Source: Obrimoposthia wandeli (lineage: Eukaryota). From it: a stretch of DNA of 64,000 nt. The stretch's first letter is position 1. Every line of letters begins with the position of its first letter. The stretch lies in NCBI GenBank assembly GCA_977020255.1, contig CDROCS010000253.1:558001-622000 (forward strand), given 5' to 3'. A program made the translations under genes and the position numbers. Positions 20,766 to 30,892 of this stretch are shown in pieces. The notes beneath the pieces were generated by a model that saw only the letters and a program-made list of their open reading frames with translations, ran no database searches and was not told the origin of the DNA.

Positions 20766-22861
20766 TATTGCTTCTCTTCCGCAGCAACGCCTTCTGTTGC
20801 TGTTGGTGGCTCAGGCAGCTCTATATTTTTCTTTTCAAGTTTCTGCTGATACTCATCAAATGACGGTGGCAAGGTCAAGTTGTCTTGCCACTGCGGGAGA
20901 ATAGGCATCTTTTCATTACTCATTAATGACAAACCTTCTTCATGTTTACGGATTTGGTCTGCACGAATATAGTTATATTTTGATTCACTTATTTCTGTCA
21001 TTAACGCTGAATCACGGACAATAGTAGCGCGTAAAAACACCATTAAATTACGTTTACGCGTACTGTTGCTGGTTGATTTAAATAAGTGACCAATAATTGG
21101 AATATCACCTAGGATGGGAACCTTTTGCACGCTTTCTTGTACATCTTCATCGATCAAACCACCAAGTACCACGGTATCACCGCTTTCAGCCATCACTGTG
21201 GTTTTGATTTCTCTTTTGTTGATTGAAATATCAACGCCTGTGGTACCACTGACTGAAGACACTTCTTGCTCAATAACCAATTGCACCGCATTACCTTCAT
21301 TAACCTGTGGTGTTACGCGAAGCTTAATGCCGACTTCTTGGCGGTCTACTGTCTGGAAAGGGTTAGTGTTATTACTACCTGTTTGTGAGCCAGTAATAAT
21401 AGGCACTTCTTGACCGACAATAAAATAGGCTTCTTCGTTATCTAAGGTAGTAATACTGGGCGTGGCGAGGATATTTGAATTAGTATTGCTGCTTACGGCT
21501 TGAATAATTGCGGCCCAATCTCCGGTAACAATACCGGTAACTAAACCACTGGCAGAGCCTAATGCTGCACCTAATGCAGTGAAGTCACCTTCAATATCAT
21601 TGCCCGCAGGATTAACAGTCGTAGTACCATCAACTGTTACCGTTGAACCAGGTGTCCCGGGTTTGCTTTCTGCTGCCTTAACACCTGCCGCAACAGAGGA
21701 AATAGTAGCAGGTCCATTAGTAAATTGGGTAAAACCAAAGTTTTCATTGCCCCACTGCACCCCTAAACTCACACCGTCAGTTTCATAGACTTCAACAATA
21801 ATCGCTTCAACTAAGACTTGCGCGCGACGCACGTCTAATTGACGAATCACCGCCTCTAATGAACGTAACATATCAGGTTGTGCGGTAATGACTAACGCAT
21901 TGGTTGACTCATGTGCTTCAATACTGACGTCGCGTTTTTTATTGTTACGCGTTTTAGCTTTTGTGCTTTCGGCATCTGAAGCTATTGAATCACTAACACC
22001 TTGCAGCACTTTTACTAAATCTTCAGCTTTTGAATATTTAAGGTAATACACGCGAGTATTGCCATTACTTTCTAGCTCGCTATCCAAACGTTTAACCAAA
22101 CGTGCTACTCGCTCACGGGCTTTAACTTCACCACTAACAATGACACTATTAGAGCGATCATCGGCAACAATTTTAGGAATTAAAAAGGTCGGCTGGCCCG
22201 ATTTACCACCGGAAGGCTTGTTCATCGCTTCAATGATACGTACCATTTCACCTGCTGAAGCATATTTTAGTTTGATGATTTCAACATCTTGGTCACCCGC
22301 TCTGTCAACGCGTTCAATAATTTTTACCAGTCTATTAACCGTTGATGCTGTACCCGTTAACATAATCACGTTAGCAGGATCGTAGTTAACGACATTGCCA
22401 CCACCCGCCTGGTCTGATAATTGCCTTAAAAGTGGCACTAATTCACGTACCGTAACATTTTTAACCTCAACAACACGGGTAACCATCTCATCACCCATGA
22501 TATTGCTTTTATCACCTACCACAGGAATAGCCGCGGTTTTCGCGTCTTTATTACGAATAATTTTGACAATGTTATTATCCATTTCTACGGCAGCATAACC
22601 GTAGACTTCTAGGACATTGAGGAAAAATTGATAATATTGTTTTTCCGATAATAAATCATAACTACGAACATTGATTTTCCCCCGGACATTTGGGTCAACT
22701 ATCATGGTCTTTTTCAAGTTTTTACCCACAATATTGACGAATTCAGTAATTTCAGTGCCCTTAAAATTAGGAGAGTATTGCGCAGCACTTGCTTGACCAA
22801 CGACACACAAACAATTGATGGCTATCGCTGTCGTTAGAATGAGTAAAAACTTTTTCATCAT
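20765..22861 (-). CDS. gspD: Type II secretion secretin D
   Basis: Signal peptide, N0-N3 domains ([21 protein letters not shown]), secretin core ([26 protein letters not shown]). Confidence 0.97.
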   Translation of the reverse strand: MMKKFLLILTTAIAINCLCVVGQASAAQYSPNFKGTEITEFVNIVGKNLKKTMIVDPNVRGKINVRSYDLLSEKQYYQFFLNVLEVYGYAAVEMDNNIVKIIRNKDAKTAAIPVVGDKSNIMGDEMVTRVVEVKNVTVRELVPLLRQLSDQAGGGNVVNYDPANVIMLTGTASTVNRLVKIIERVDRAGDQDVEIIKLKYASAGEMVRIIEAMNKPSGGKSGQPTFLIPKIVADDRSNSVIVSGEVKARERVARLVKRLDSELESNGNTRVYYLKYSKAEDLVKVLQGVSDSIASDAESTKAKTRNNKKRDVSIEAHESTNALVITAQPDMLRSLEAVIRQLDVRRAQVLVEAIIVEVYETDGVSLGVQWGNENFGFTQFTNGPATISSVAAGVKAAESKPGTPGSTVTVDGTTTVNPAGNDIEGDFTALGAALGSASGLVTGIVTGDWAAIIQAVSSNTNSNILATPSITTLDNEEAYFIVGQEVPIITGSQTGSNNTNPFQTVDRQEVGIKLRVTPQVNEGNAVQLVIEQEVSSVSGTTGVDISINKREIKTTVMAESGDTVVLGGLIDEDVQESVQKVPILGDIPIIGHLFKSTSNSTRKRNLMVFLRATIVRDSALMTEISESKYNYIRADQIRKHEEGLSLMSNEKMPILPQWQDNLTLPPSFDEYQQKLEKKNIELPEPPTATEGVAAEEKQ

Positions 22862-22971
22862 TAGGAGTATCTCTGCTTTATTATTTTATTAGACAATCTT
22901 TGTCAGAAAATCTTTAATAGATAATTTTATAGCGTAATTGTTACGTTAATTAATTCGGTTAGCCTAGCAAC

Positions 22972-23922
22972 TTAATCTAAGCTAATAAGTATTTCAGTCA
23001 AACTACCTTGGCGGTCAACCAGTAATGAAATATCACGCGCTTTTTTCATCTCTGCCATCGCTTGCATTGCTTCTGTCGGGGCAATTAAATCAAAACCATT
23101 CATTTGAACAGCTACATCGCCCGCCTTTAAGCCAGAAAGTTTAAAGAACTCTGGATTTTTACCTGGGCGAAGTGTGTAACCAACTATATTTCCGTTTTTA
23201 CGCTTGGGTGAAATACGTAAATAGTCGCTTATTTTTGCCGGATCATTAGCGAGTTCATTACGAAGGTTTTTAGCTGTTGCGGTTAATGCTTTATTGTTTC
23301 TTTGATCAACAACACCCGAACTTGAAGATTTTAATCCTACATTGGAGCGGGTTTTTCTCGAGTTGGGTTTATTAGCAACATCTCGTGCTGGCTGACTATA
23401 ATCGAAACCATCAAGCATCAAGGTCTCTAGCCGACCTGATTGTTTAATTATCACTCGGTCCATTAGCACTTGTTCAAGATTAGCGCGTGTGCCAATAATA
23501 ATATCGCCAATGCCATAGGTCTCTTGCTTACCTTGGTTTTCAATAATGGCTGCAGCAATAGATTTATCATCACTAGCAACTAGACCCGCCAATATTAAAT
23601 TTAATTGAGTTTCTGGCACATTGGCCATTTCAACTTCAAGCGTTTCATCAACCTGCTCATTATATTGACCAAAAAGGTTAAGCAATTGAATTTTAGCAAC
23701 ATCGATTGTCTTGTTTGCTTTGTTAGCATTGACGTTTTTTAAGTTGCCATTCACTGAAGTGTTATCACTTGATTGTGCTTGTGGTATCACTGACCAAGTG
23801 ATTTGTGCACTGACATAAGCAATATAAACTAGTAATAATGCCATCACTAATTGCGCAACTCGTCGATGAGCAAGTTGAGTGAATAATAATGTGAACGCTG
23901 TCATGTTAGTGGGAAATGCCAT
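22972..23922 (-). CDS. gspC: Type II secretion protein C (HR + PDZ-like domain)
   Basis: N-terminal TM, ETQLNL.LAG, GYTLRPGK..F...GLKAGD motif. Confidence 0.93.
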   Translation of the reverse strand: MAFPTNMTAFTLLFTQLAHRRVAQLVMALLLVYIAYVSAQITWSVIPQAQSSDNTSVNGNLKNVNANKANKTIDVAKIQLLNLFGQYNEQVDETLEVEMANVPETQLNLILAGLVASDDKSIAAAIIENQGKQETYGIGDIIIGTRANLEQVLMDRVIIKQSGRLETLMLDGFDYSQPARDVANKPNSRKTRSNVGLKSSSSGVVDQRNNKALTATAKNLRNELANDPAKISDYLRISPKRKNGNIVGYTLRPGKNPEFFKLSGLKAGDVAVQMNGFDLIAPTEAMQAMAEMKKARDISLLVDRQGSLTEILISLD

Positions 23923-24093
23923 AGCTACTTATATTGTTATTATTTTGAAATAATCTATCTATTAATAGCCGAAGCTGAATGTTAGATTTTTGTTAACTAA
24001 ATACGAATGATACTTGACCGCAAGGTTAGCAACAAGTCATAGCCTGATTTTTTAAGCGCTTTGAGCAAATTAAATCGTTAAAGCTAGAGATAT

Positions 24094-24118
24094 AAAGACT
24101 GTCAAAGACTGTTATAAT
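24094..24118 (+). promoter_or_regulatory. Extended -10 promoter (TGnTATAAT) for hslR-hslO with an overlapping 10-bp-period direct repeat
   Basis: AAAGACTGT at 24094 and at 24104, then TATAAT at 24113-24118, 50 nt before the hslR ATG. Confidence 0.5.
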
Positions 24119-24167
24119 CACTTTCAGACCAATACCTTTCATAAAAGTTCCAGCTTACAGGTTTATT

Positions 24168-24572
24168 ATGTCAACAAGTCAAAATCCTCAAAATAACTCA
24201 ATTCGATTAGATAAATGGCTTTGGGCGGCAAGGTTTTATCGCACACGCGCTATTGCCAAACAGATGATTGATGGTGGTAAAATTTTTTATAATGGTCAAC
24301 GTACTAAGTCGGGAAAAGCCGTATCAATCGGTGATATAATAAAAATTAGACAAGGGTTTGAGGAAAAAGAAGTCACCGTTATCGCATTAGCGGATAAACG
24401 CAGTGATGCTACTTTTGCTCAAACCTTATACCAAGAAAGTAAACAAAGCATTGATACCCGTGAGAAAAATGCCCTAGCACGTAAGCAAGGCATTTTACTT
24501 AGTCCTGCGAGTATTACTAAGCCAGATAAAAAACAACGTAGAAAACTACGAGAATTTAAAGAAAGGATCTAA
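24168..24572 (+). CDS. hslR: Ribosome-associated heat shock protein Hsp15
   Basis: RLDKWLWAARFYRTR, KPDKKQRR. Confidence 0.96.
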   Translation: MSTSQNPQNNSIRLDKWLWAARFYRTRAIAKQMIDGGKIFYNGQRTKSGKAVSIGDIIKIRQGFEEKEVTVIALADKRSDATFAQTLYQESKQSIDTREKNALARKQGILLSPASITKPDKKQRRKLREFKERI

Positions 24573-24577
24573 CTGCC

Positions 24578-25450
24578 ATGAGCCAATTCAATGTATTAAA
24601 TCGCTACTTATTTACCGATGCCCATGCCCGTGGTGAGCTAGTACAATTAAGTAGTAGCTTTGAAAGTATTATTAAAAACCATCACTACCCTGTCGGTGTA
24701 GAAAAATTATTAGGTGAACTGCTCAGTGCTACCTGCCTATTAACCGCAACACTTAAGTTTGAAGGTGATATTACCGTGCAATTGCAAGGTGACGGCCCTG
24801 TTGGTTACATGTCAGTTAGTGGTAATAACAAACAGCAAATGCGTGGTATTGCTAAAATGGCAGAAGAAACATCTGCTGAAACGCTGCAAACACTAATTGG
24901 TAAAGGCACCATGATTATCACCATTCGTCCTAGCGTGGGTGAAGCTTATCAAGGCGTTGTTGCTTTAGATAAAGATAATCTTGCTGATTGCTTAGCGCAT
25001 TACTTTGAAGTCTCTGAACAGATCCCCACTAAAATTTGGTTATTCAGTGACACTGAGCAGCAATTAACGGCAGGTGCTTTGGTGCAATTATTACCTGATG
25101 GTGACGGAAGTATTGAAAACAGAGAGAAACAGCAAAGTGACTTTGAACACTTATGCCAACTCACCAATACTATTAAAAGTGAGGAAGTCTTTTCATTAGA
25201 AGCTGAAGCATTACTTTATCGTTTATATCACCAAGAAAAAGTCAATATTTTTGAACCACAAACGGTCAGTTATGTATGTGGTTGCTCTGCAGATAAATGT
25301 TTATCGGCAATATCGCAAATAGAGCCCAGTGAAATAAAAGCCATATTAGCAGAACAAGGTAAAATTTCGATGACCTGTGATTACTGCATCACTACTTATG
25401 ATTTTGACGAACTGAGCTTAAAAAGTTTCATTTCGAAAGTTAATCATTAA
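24578..25450 (+). CDS. hslO: Redox-regulated chaperone Hsp33
   Basis: LKFEG.ITVQLQGDGP, CGCS...C and CDYC zinc motif. Confidence 0.96.
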   Translation: MSQFNVLNRYLFTDAHARGELVQLSSSFESIIKNHHYPVGVEKLLGELLSATCLLTATLKFEGDITVQLQGDGPVGYMSVSGNNKQQMRGIAKMAEETSAETLQTLIGKGTMIITIRPSVGEAYQGVVALDKDNLADCLAHYFEVSEQIPTKIWLFSDTEQQLTAGALVQLLPDGDGSIENREKQQSDFEHLCQLTNTIKSEEVFSLEAEALLYRLYHQEKVNIFEPQTVSYVCGCSADKCLSAISQIEPSEIKAILAEQGKISMTCDYCITTYDFDELSLKSFISKVNH

Positions 25451-25491
25451 AAAAAACAGCTTTTTTGTCGTAAAAAACCGTCGAAACCCAC

Positions 25492-25533
25492 GCTATTAAT
25501 TATCACTTATTCGATATAGTGATAATTAATAGC
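25492..25533. repeat. Perfect 16-bp inverted repeat with a 10-nt spacer
   Basis: GCTATTAATTATCACT-tattcgatat-AGTGATAATTAATAGC in the hslO-pckA gap. Confidence 0.8.
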
Positions 25534-25630
25534 CAACTTAAAAACCGCCACACCCCTTTATTTTACTAAGCTAACGATTTTATTCTAAAAGTAAAGACTA
25601 CATTCAACCTAGCCATTCATTCGATTTATA

Positions 25631-25723
25631 GTGAAAACTTTCACAATAAACTATTTTTTACTTTCGTTTTGCTCACTATTACCCTAAAATACCCCCAATT
25701 AGTACCGCATGAAAACTTTCATG
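25631..25723 (+). promoter_or_regulatory. Two copies of a palindromic operator-like site upstream of pckA
   Basis: GTGAAA-AC-TTTCAC at 25631-25644 and CATGAAA-AC-TTTCATG at 25708-25723; identical 12-nt core. Confidence 0.55.
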
Positions 25724-25784
25724 ACGTACTTCATTAATCGAATTACTTAAATTAAAATTTGTCATACTTAGGAGTTAATTTACT

Positions 25785-27395
25785 ATGACCGCCCCGAAAA
25801 ACTCAATTGATTTGTCACAATACGGCATCGACGATGTTAACGAAGTTGTTTATAACCCATCATATGAGTTACTTTTTAGTGAAGAAACTAAAGCTGACCT
25901 TGATGGTTTTGATAAAGGCGTAGTAACTGAACTTGGTGCAGTTAATGTAGACACAGGGATATTTACCGGTCGCTCTCCTAAAGATAAATATATTGTTCGC
26001 GATGATGTAACTCGCGATACAGTATGGTGGTCTGACCAAGGTAAAAATGACAATAAAGCTATGACTCCTGAAACATGGGATCACTTAAAAGGCTTAGTAA
26101 CCACACAACTTTCTGGCCAACGTTTATTTGTTGTTGATACTTATTGTGGTGCTGATGAAGCAACACGCTTAAAAGTACGTTTCATTACCCAAGTAGCTTG
26201 GCAAGCACACTTCGTTAAAAACATGTTCATTCGTCCTACGGATGCAGAACTTGAAAATTACGAACCTGATTTCGTGGTAATGAATGGCGCGAAAACAGTT
26301 AATGATAAATGGGAAGAACAAGGTTTAAATTCAGAAAACTTTGTTGCTTTCAACTTAACTGAAAAAATTCAATTGATTGGCGGTACTTGGTACGGCGGCG
26401 AAATGAAAAAAGGTATGTTCTCAATGATGAACTACTACCTTCCATTACAAGGCATAGCTTCTATGCATTGTAGTGCTAATGTTGGTGAAGATGGTGATAC
26501 AGCAATCTTCTTCGGCCTATCTGGCACAGGTAAAACAACACTTTCTACTGATCCTAAGCGTCAACTTATCGGTGACGATGAACACGGTTGGGATGATAAT
26601 GGTGTATTTAACTTTGAAGGTGGCTGTTACGCTAAAACAATCAACTTAAGCAAAGAAAATGAACCAGATATTTACAATGCAATTCGTCGCGACGCTTTAT
26701 TAGAAAACGTTACGGTTGATGCAAACGGTAAAATTGATTTTGATGATAATTCAAAAACAGAAAACACCCGTGTTTCTTACCCAATTCATCACATTGATAA
26801 TATTGTTAAACCTGTTTCACGTGCTGGTCATGCGAAAAAAGTTATTTTCTTAACAGCTGATGCTTTTGGTGTTTTACCACCAGTAGCTAAGTTAACGCCA
26901 GAGCAAACAGAGTATTACTTCCTTTCAGGATTTACCGCTAAATTAGCGGGTACTGAACGTGGTATTACTGAACCAACGCCTACTTTCTCAAGTTGTTTTG
27001 GTGCGGCTTTCTTAAGCTTACACCCTACGCAATATGCAGAAGTTTTACATAAGCGTATGGACGATGCAGGCGCTGAAGCTTACCTTGTTAACACTGGCTG
27101 GAACGGTACTGGCAAACGAATTTCTATCAAAGCAACGCGTGCTATTATCGATGCTATCTTAGATGGTTCAATTGATAATGCTGAAACAGAAATAGTACCT
27201 TTCTTCAACTTAGAAGTACCTAAAGTCATTGCTGGTGTTGAGGGTGATATCCTTGATCCTCGTAACACTTATGAAGATGCAAGTGTTTGGAATGATAAAG
27301 CGGTAGACTTAGCGAAACGTTTTGTTAATAACTTTGAGAAGTTTACTGATACTGACAACGGTAAAGCATTAGTTGCTGCTGGTCCTCAGTTATAA
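25785..27395 (+). CDS. pckA: ATP-dependent PEP carboxykinase
   Basis: [48 protein letters not shown]. Confidence 0.99.
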   Translation: MTAPKNSIDLSQYGIDDVNEVVYNPSYELLFSEETKADLDGFDKGVVTELGAVNVDTGIFTGRSPKDKYIVRDDVTRDTVWWSDQGKNDNKAMTPETWDHLKGLVTTQLSGQRLFVVDTYCGADEATRLKVRFITQVAWQAHFVKNMFIRPTDAELENYEPDFVVMNGAKTVNDKWEEQGLNSENFVAFNLTEKIQLIGGTWYGGEMKKGMFSMMNYYLPLQGIASMHCSANVGEDGDTAIFFGLSGTGKTTLSTDPKRQLIGDDEHGWDDNGVFNFEGGCYAKTINLSKENEPDIYNAIRRDALLENVTVDANGKIDFDDNSKTENTRVSYPIHHIDNIVKPVSRAGHAKKVIFLTADAFGVLPPVAKLTPEQTEYYFLSGFTAKLAGTERGITEPTPTFSSCFGAAFLSLHPTQYAEVLHKRMDDAGAEAYLVNTGWNGTGKRISIKATRAIIDAILDGSIDNAETEIVPFFNLEVPKVIAGVEGDILDPRNTYEDASVWNDKAVDLAKRFVNNFEKFTDTDNGKALVAAGPQL

Positions 27396-27444
27396 AGTAA
27401 TGAGTTAAAAGCCATTAGCTAAATAGTTCTCTGCAAGAGACATT

Positions 27445-27481
27445 AAAGCCAGCTGTTAAGTTATTAACAGCTGGCTTTTTT
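27445..27481 (+). terminator. Intrinsic terminator after pckA (possibly bidirectional)
   Basis: AAAGCCAGCTGTTAA-GTTA-TTAACAGCTGGCTTT followed by T's; lies between the convergent pckA and envZ. Confidence 0.88.
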
Positions 27482-27510
27482 ATGACCTTAATTAATATAA
27501 TTGGTATTAG

Positions 27511-28803
27511 CTACTTAAACACTAGTGGAAGATAAACTTTTGCCTGTAAGCCACCAGAGGGCTTATTAGAGAGTTCAACTTTACCACCATGGGTATCAAC
27601 AATGCGCTTTATAATAGCTAAACCTAGACCACTACCCTCTGTTCCTCGAGCGGTATCGCCTTGGGTAAAAGGTTGAAATAAGCGTTCGATATCCGCGTCA
27701 GGAATACCGGCACCTTTATCACTAACAATGATAAAGGCATAATTTTTTTCTACACCTGTGAACACGTCAATTTCATCTTCGGTATAACGAATGGCATTTT
27801 GCACTAAATTTGCCAGCGCACGTCTAACGGCGACATGACGTAAAGGGATTTTCGCGCATTCACCTGGATGAAAAGTGATCACTCTATCACTTGGTGTTTC
27901 AACGTTCAGCACTTCATCAACTAAAACGTTTAAATCTCCGAGCTCTGCTTTATCTTTTGAGTCATGACGAATGTAATCAATAAATTGGTCGATAATATTA
28001 TTCATATCATCAATATCAGTTTCAATACCCTCTTTAAGAAAGTCATCTGACTCATTCATCATTTCACTCGCTAAACGAATACGTGTTAGTGGCGTACGTA
28101 GGTCATGAGAAATACCCGCCATTAATAAATTACGATCGTCTTCCAACTGTTTAATGCCTTTAGACATATGATTAAAGGCTTGGGTTACCGCCATAACTTC
28201 TGAGGTGCCGCGCTCAATAAGTGGATCAGGAAAATCACCTCGACCAACATCTTCTGCCGCTATTTCTAGTGATTTTAACGGTCGATTAAGTTGTCGTACA
28301 AAAACCCAACCGCCCATAACACTTAATAAGCCAATGACAATCATAAAGAATATTAAGGGCGAGAAACTACCTTTATCCATACCTATTAACGGAATTTTTA
28401 CCCAGAGATGTGGCGCTTGGGGTGCTCGTATCCAAAAAAGATACTCATCCCCTTGTGAAATCCTCACTTCTGCAGGGCCGCCAAGCAATGCCGACATTTG
28501 TTCAGATCGATAAGGATATAATCCCGCATTCGCTAAACCAAACTTATAGGCATCTTCTTCACGATAAACACCAATACCCGTTTCATTATGAAATGCCTTG
28601 GCCATTTTCGGGCTTAACTTGGCATCATCAATATCAATGAAAACAACACGTACCTGTTTAGCCAATAGTTGATTCATTTGTTGCTGGTTTGGCTCAATAA
28701 CATAGAGCGCAAAAGAAATATAAGAAACGATTTGATTGATAAACAGTAAAAAACCGATCAATAAAACCGTTTGTCCAAAAGCACTTCGTGGCAATATTTT
28801 CAT
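27511..28803 (-). CDS. envZ: Osmolarity sensor histidine kinase
   Basis: PRSAFGQT start, 2 [21 protein letters not shown]-box, N/G/F boxes. Confidence 0.96.
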   Translation of the reverse strand: MKILPRSAFGQTVLLIGFLLFINQIVSYISFALYVIEPNQQQMNQLLAKQVRVVFIDIDDAKLSPKMAKAFHNETGIGVYREEDAYKFGLANAGLYPYRSEQMSALLGGPAEVRISQGDEYLFWIRAPQAPHLWVKIPLIGMDKGSFSPLIFFMIVIGLLSVMGGWVFVRQLNRPLKSLEIAAEDVGRGDFPDPLIERGTSEVMAVTQAFNHMSKGIKQLEDDRNLLMAGISHDLRTPLTRIRLASEMMNESDDFLKEGIETDIDDMNNIIDQFIDYIRHDSKDKAELGDLNVLVDEVLNVETPSDRVITFHPGECAKIPLRHVAVRRALANLVQNAIRYTEDEIDVFTGVEKNYAFIIVSDKGAGIPDADIERLFQPFTQGDTARGTEGSGLGLAIIKRIVDTHGGKVELSNKPSGGLQAKVYLPLVFK

Positions 28804-28830
28804 ATCTATATATAACTTAACTTGAAAGAA

Positions 28831-29553
28831 CTAAGCTGGACTACCATCGGGAACAAAGACATAACCTAAGCCCCAAACCGTTTGTAAATATCTAGGTTTA
28901 GCAGGGTCCTCTTCAAGCATTCGACGTAAGCGTGATACTTGTACATCAATACTACGTTCTAGTGCTGAATAATCCCTCCCGCGAGCAAGATTCATCAATT
29001 TATCACGTGATAATGGCTCTCTCGGATGAGTAACTAAAGCTTTAAGTACCGCAAATTCACCACTGGTTAAGGGCATACTAAGATCATCTTTTTGCATTTC
29101 ACGGGTAGCTAAATTTAACTGGTAGCCACCAAAGCTAATAATGTTTTCTTCTAAAGCAGGTGCTCCAGGAGCTTCTTGAGTACGACGACGTAACACAGCT
29201 TTAATACGGGCAAGTAACTCTCTTGGGTTAAAAGGCTTTGGCATGTAATCATCAGCACCTAACTCTAGACCAATAATACGATCAACCTCATCACCTTTAG
29301 CTGTTAACATAACAATAGGAATATTATTGGAGTTTTGACGTAAACGACGACAAATTGATAAACCATCTTCGCCAGGTAACATTAAATCGAGTACTAATAA
29401 ATGAAAGTTTTCACGTTCAAGCAAACGATCCATCTGCTCTGAATTAGCGGCACTTCGTACCGTAAAACCTTGCTCCACTAAATAACGCTCTAACAATGAT
29501 CGTAAACGCATATCATCATCTACTACTAAAATTTTAGGTGTTTCTTGAGTCAT
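28831..29553 (-). CDS. ompR: Response regulator OmpR
   Basis: KILVVDDDMRLR..LERYL, DLMLPGEDGLSIC, LTSGEF, RSIDVQVSRLR, QTVWGLGYVFVP. Start probably ATG 29553. Confidence 0.97.
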   Translation of the reverse strand: MTQETPKILVVDDDMRLRSLLERYLVEQGFTVRSAANSEQMDRLLERENFHLLVLDLMLPGEDGLSICRRLRQNSNNIPIVMLTAKGDEVDRIIGLELGADDYMPKPFNPRELLARIKAVLRRRTQEAPGAPALEENIISFGGYQLNLATREMQKDDLSMPLTSGEFAVLKALVTHPREPLSRDKLMNLARGRDYSALERSIDVQVSRLRRMLEEDPAKPRYLQTVWGLGYVFVPDGSPA

Positions 29554-29689
29554 ATGTTGTCTCACCTTGCTCGGTTTGCTTTTTATTATAAATAGTTAGC
29601 CGTTACTATAAGTGATATTGCTGATAATAAGAAACGGGCAAAAGTAAAACAGCCTAAGTATTTGTTACAATTTATGTAACTAGCCTAGA

Positions 29690-30208
29690 TTACTTTAAGT
29701 AGTGAATACTTTGCTCTGTTACGCATTGAGTGAAACTTTTCTTACGCTCGCTATGTGAAAGAGCAGAGACAGCCTGCTTTACCAATTTCATTTTCTCTTC
29801 ACCTTCGGCTTTAGGTAAATGAGCAAGTTGTTCATGAAAGCAACCAAGCAAGCCAAAATTTAATGCCATATCTGATTGCATAGTATCTTCACCTAAACAG
29901 CTAGTTAGCTTATCTGCCAATGTGTTTTTATCCATTTCAGTGATTAAGTAATTTAGTTTATAGTCAACGTTGTCTATTTTTCTCACTTGATTACAAATAA
30001 AAAACATATCAGCAACTGCAACAATAGGAATTAATTGCTGATGTTGCTTACTAAAACGCTTTTTTAGCCATTCATTACGTGTTTCATTATTAACCGGGCC
30101 AGTATCAGTTGTAGAGGTTGCTGTATTTTCAGGAACAAACCACCATGCTTGGCTGGGTAATACGTAACAAGCAAGAACAATAAATAATAATTTTAATTCT
30201 ATTTTCAT
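29690..30208 (-). CDS. Exported hypothetical protein with four mature-region cysteines
   Basis: Signal-peptide-like N-terminus (MKIELKLLFIVLACYVLPSQA) and Cys in FICNQ, TSCLG, LGCFH, TQCVT. Start probably 30208, because ATG 30220 lies inside a repeat remnant. Confidence 0.7.
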   Translation of the reverse strand: MKIELKLLFIVLACYVLPSQAWWFVPENTATSTTDTGPVNNETRNEWLKKRFSKQHQQLIPIVAVADMFFICNQVRKIDNVDYKLNYLITEMDKNTLADKLTSCLGEDTMQSDMALNFGLLGCFHEQLAHLPKAEGEEKMKLVKQAVSALSHSERKKSFTQCVTEQSIHYLK

Positions 30209-30211
30209 ATA

Positions 30212-30270
30212 TATACCCATTCAAGATGCATATTTCAGTGTACTTGAGCAACATCACTTCATCGATGCGT
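30212..30270. repeat. Decayed fragment of the ERIC-like element
   Basis: TATACCCATTCAAGATGCA matches the 59005 terminus with a 6-nt deletion. CTTGAGCAACATCACTTCATCG matches the reverse complement of the internal arm near 59106-59127 with one mismatch. Confidence 0.7.
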
Positions 30271-30361
30271 TTAAAATAAAATTTAAACACTGTTAGGATA
30301 TTGTGCATCACTGATAAAACTAAGTATAGTTAACTTATGTTTAAAAAATGTAGGACGTAGT

Positions 30362-30838
30362 ATGCCCAAACCACTAAAAACCTTAGCGAAGCTATTCTTA
30401 ATAACCATGGCATTATTATTCACTTGTAACAGTGCACACGCCAATGAACCGATAAACGAATTTGAACAAGCTATGGCACAATACCAAGGTAAAGTTGTCT
30501 ATTTAGATTTTTGGGCTTCTTGGTGCGTTCCTTGTCGTAAGTCTTTTCCATGGATGAATACCATGCAAGAAAAACATCAAAAACAAGGGTTTGTAGTATT
30601 AAGCATTAATCTTGATGCACAGATAACATTAGCAAAGAAGTTTTTACAACAAACACCAGCAAATTTTGCCGTTATTTATGATGCTAAAGGAAAGTTAGCA
30701 CAGAAGTTTAAATTAAAAGGTATGCCTAGCAGCTACTTATTCGATCGCCAAGGTAAGCTCATTAGTGCTCACTCAGGTTTTAATGGTAAAAAGCAGCAAC
30801 AGTATGAACATGAGATATCACAGGCACTAGCCCGATAA
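30362..30838 (+). CDS. TlpA-family periplasmic thiol:disulfide oxidoreductase
   Basis: Signal peptide, VYLDFWASWCVPCRKSFP, GMPSSYLFDRQG. Confidence 0.9.
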   Translation: MPKPLKTLAKLFLITMALLFTCNSAHANEPINEFEQAMAQYQGKVVYLDFWASWCVPCRKSFPWMNTMQEKHQKQGFVVLSINLDAQITLAKKFLQQTPANFAVIYDAKGKLAQKFKLKGMPSSYLFDRQGKLISAHSGFNGKKQQQYEHEISQALAR

Positions 30839-30892
30839 GTAGTCTTGGGAATAAAAAGTTGATATTCCTCGCATTAACGTACTGCTAGTTTA

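Noticed and set aside
613-22598. Short antisense or alternate-frame ORFs within msh and gsp genes (e.g. 613-846, 1779-2045, 7192-7383, 15020-15319, 18813-19145, 22059-22385)
   Set aside because: They lie wholly inside well-supported genes and have no motifs. The Leu/Pro-rich 7192-7383 ORF is just the antisense of the MshL Asn/Ser/Gly linker.
24099-24114. Pho box at the hslR promoter (CTGTCA..CTGTTA)
   Set aside because: The repeat period is 10 bp, whereas PhoB half-sites repeat every 11 bp.
27488-27510. TTAATTAATATAATTGGTATTA as the end of a second repeat family
   Set aside because: It resembles repeat ends I recall from related genomes, but there is no convincing second copy in this window.
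29664-29680. GTTACA-N5-TGTAAC inverted repeat upstream of ompR
   Set aside because: Only 6-bp arms in AT-rich DNA and a single copy; cannot be assigned to a regulator without footprinting.
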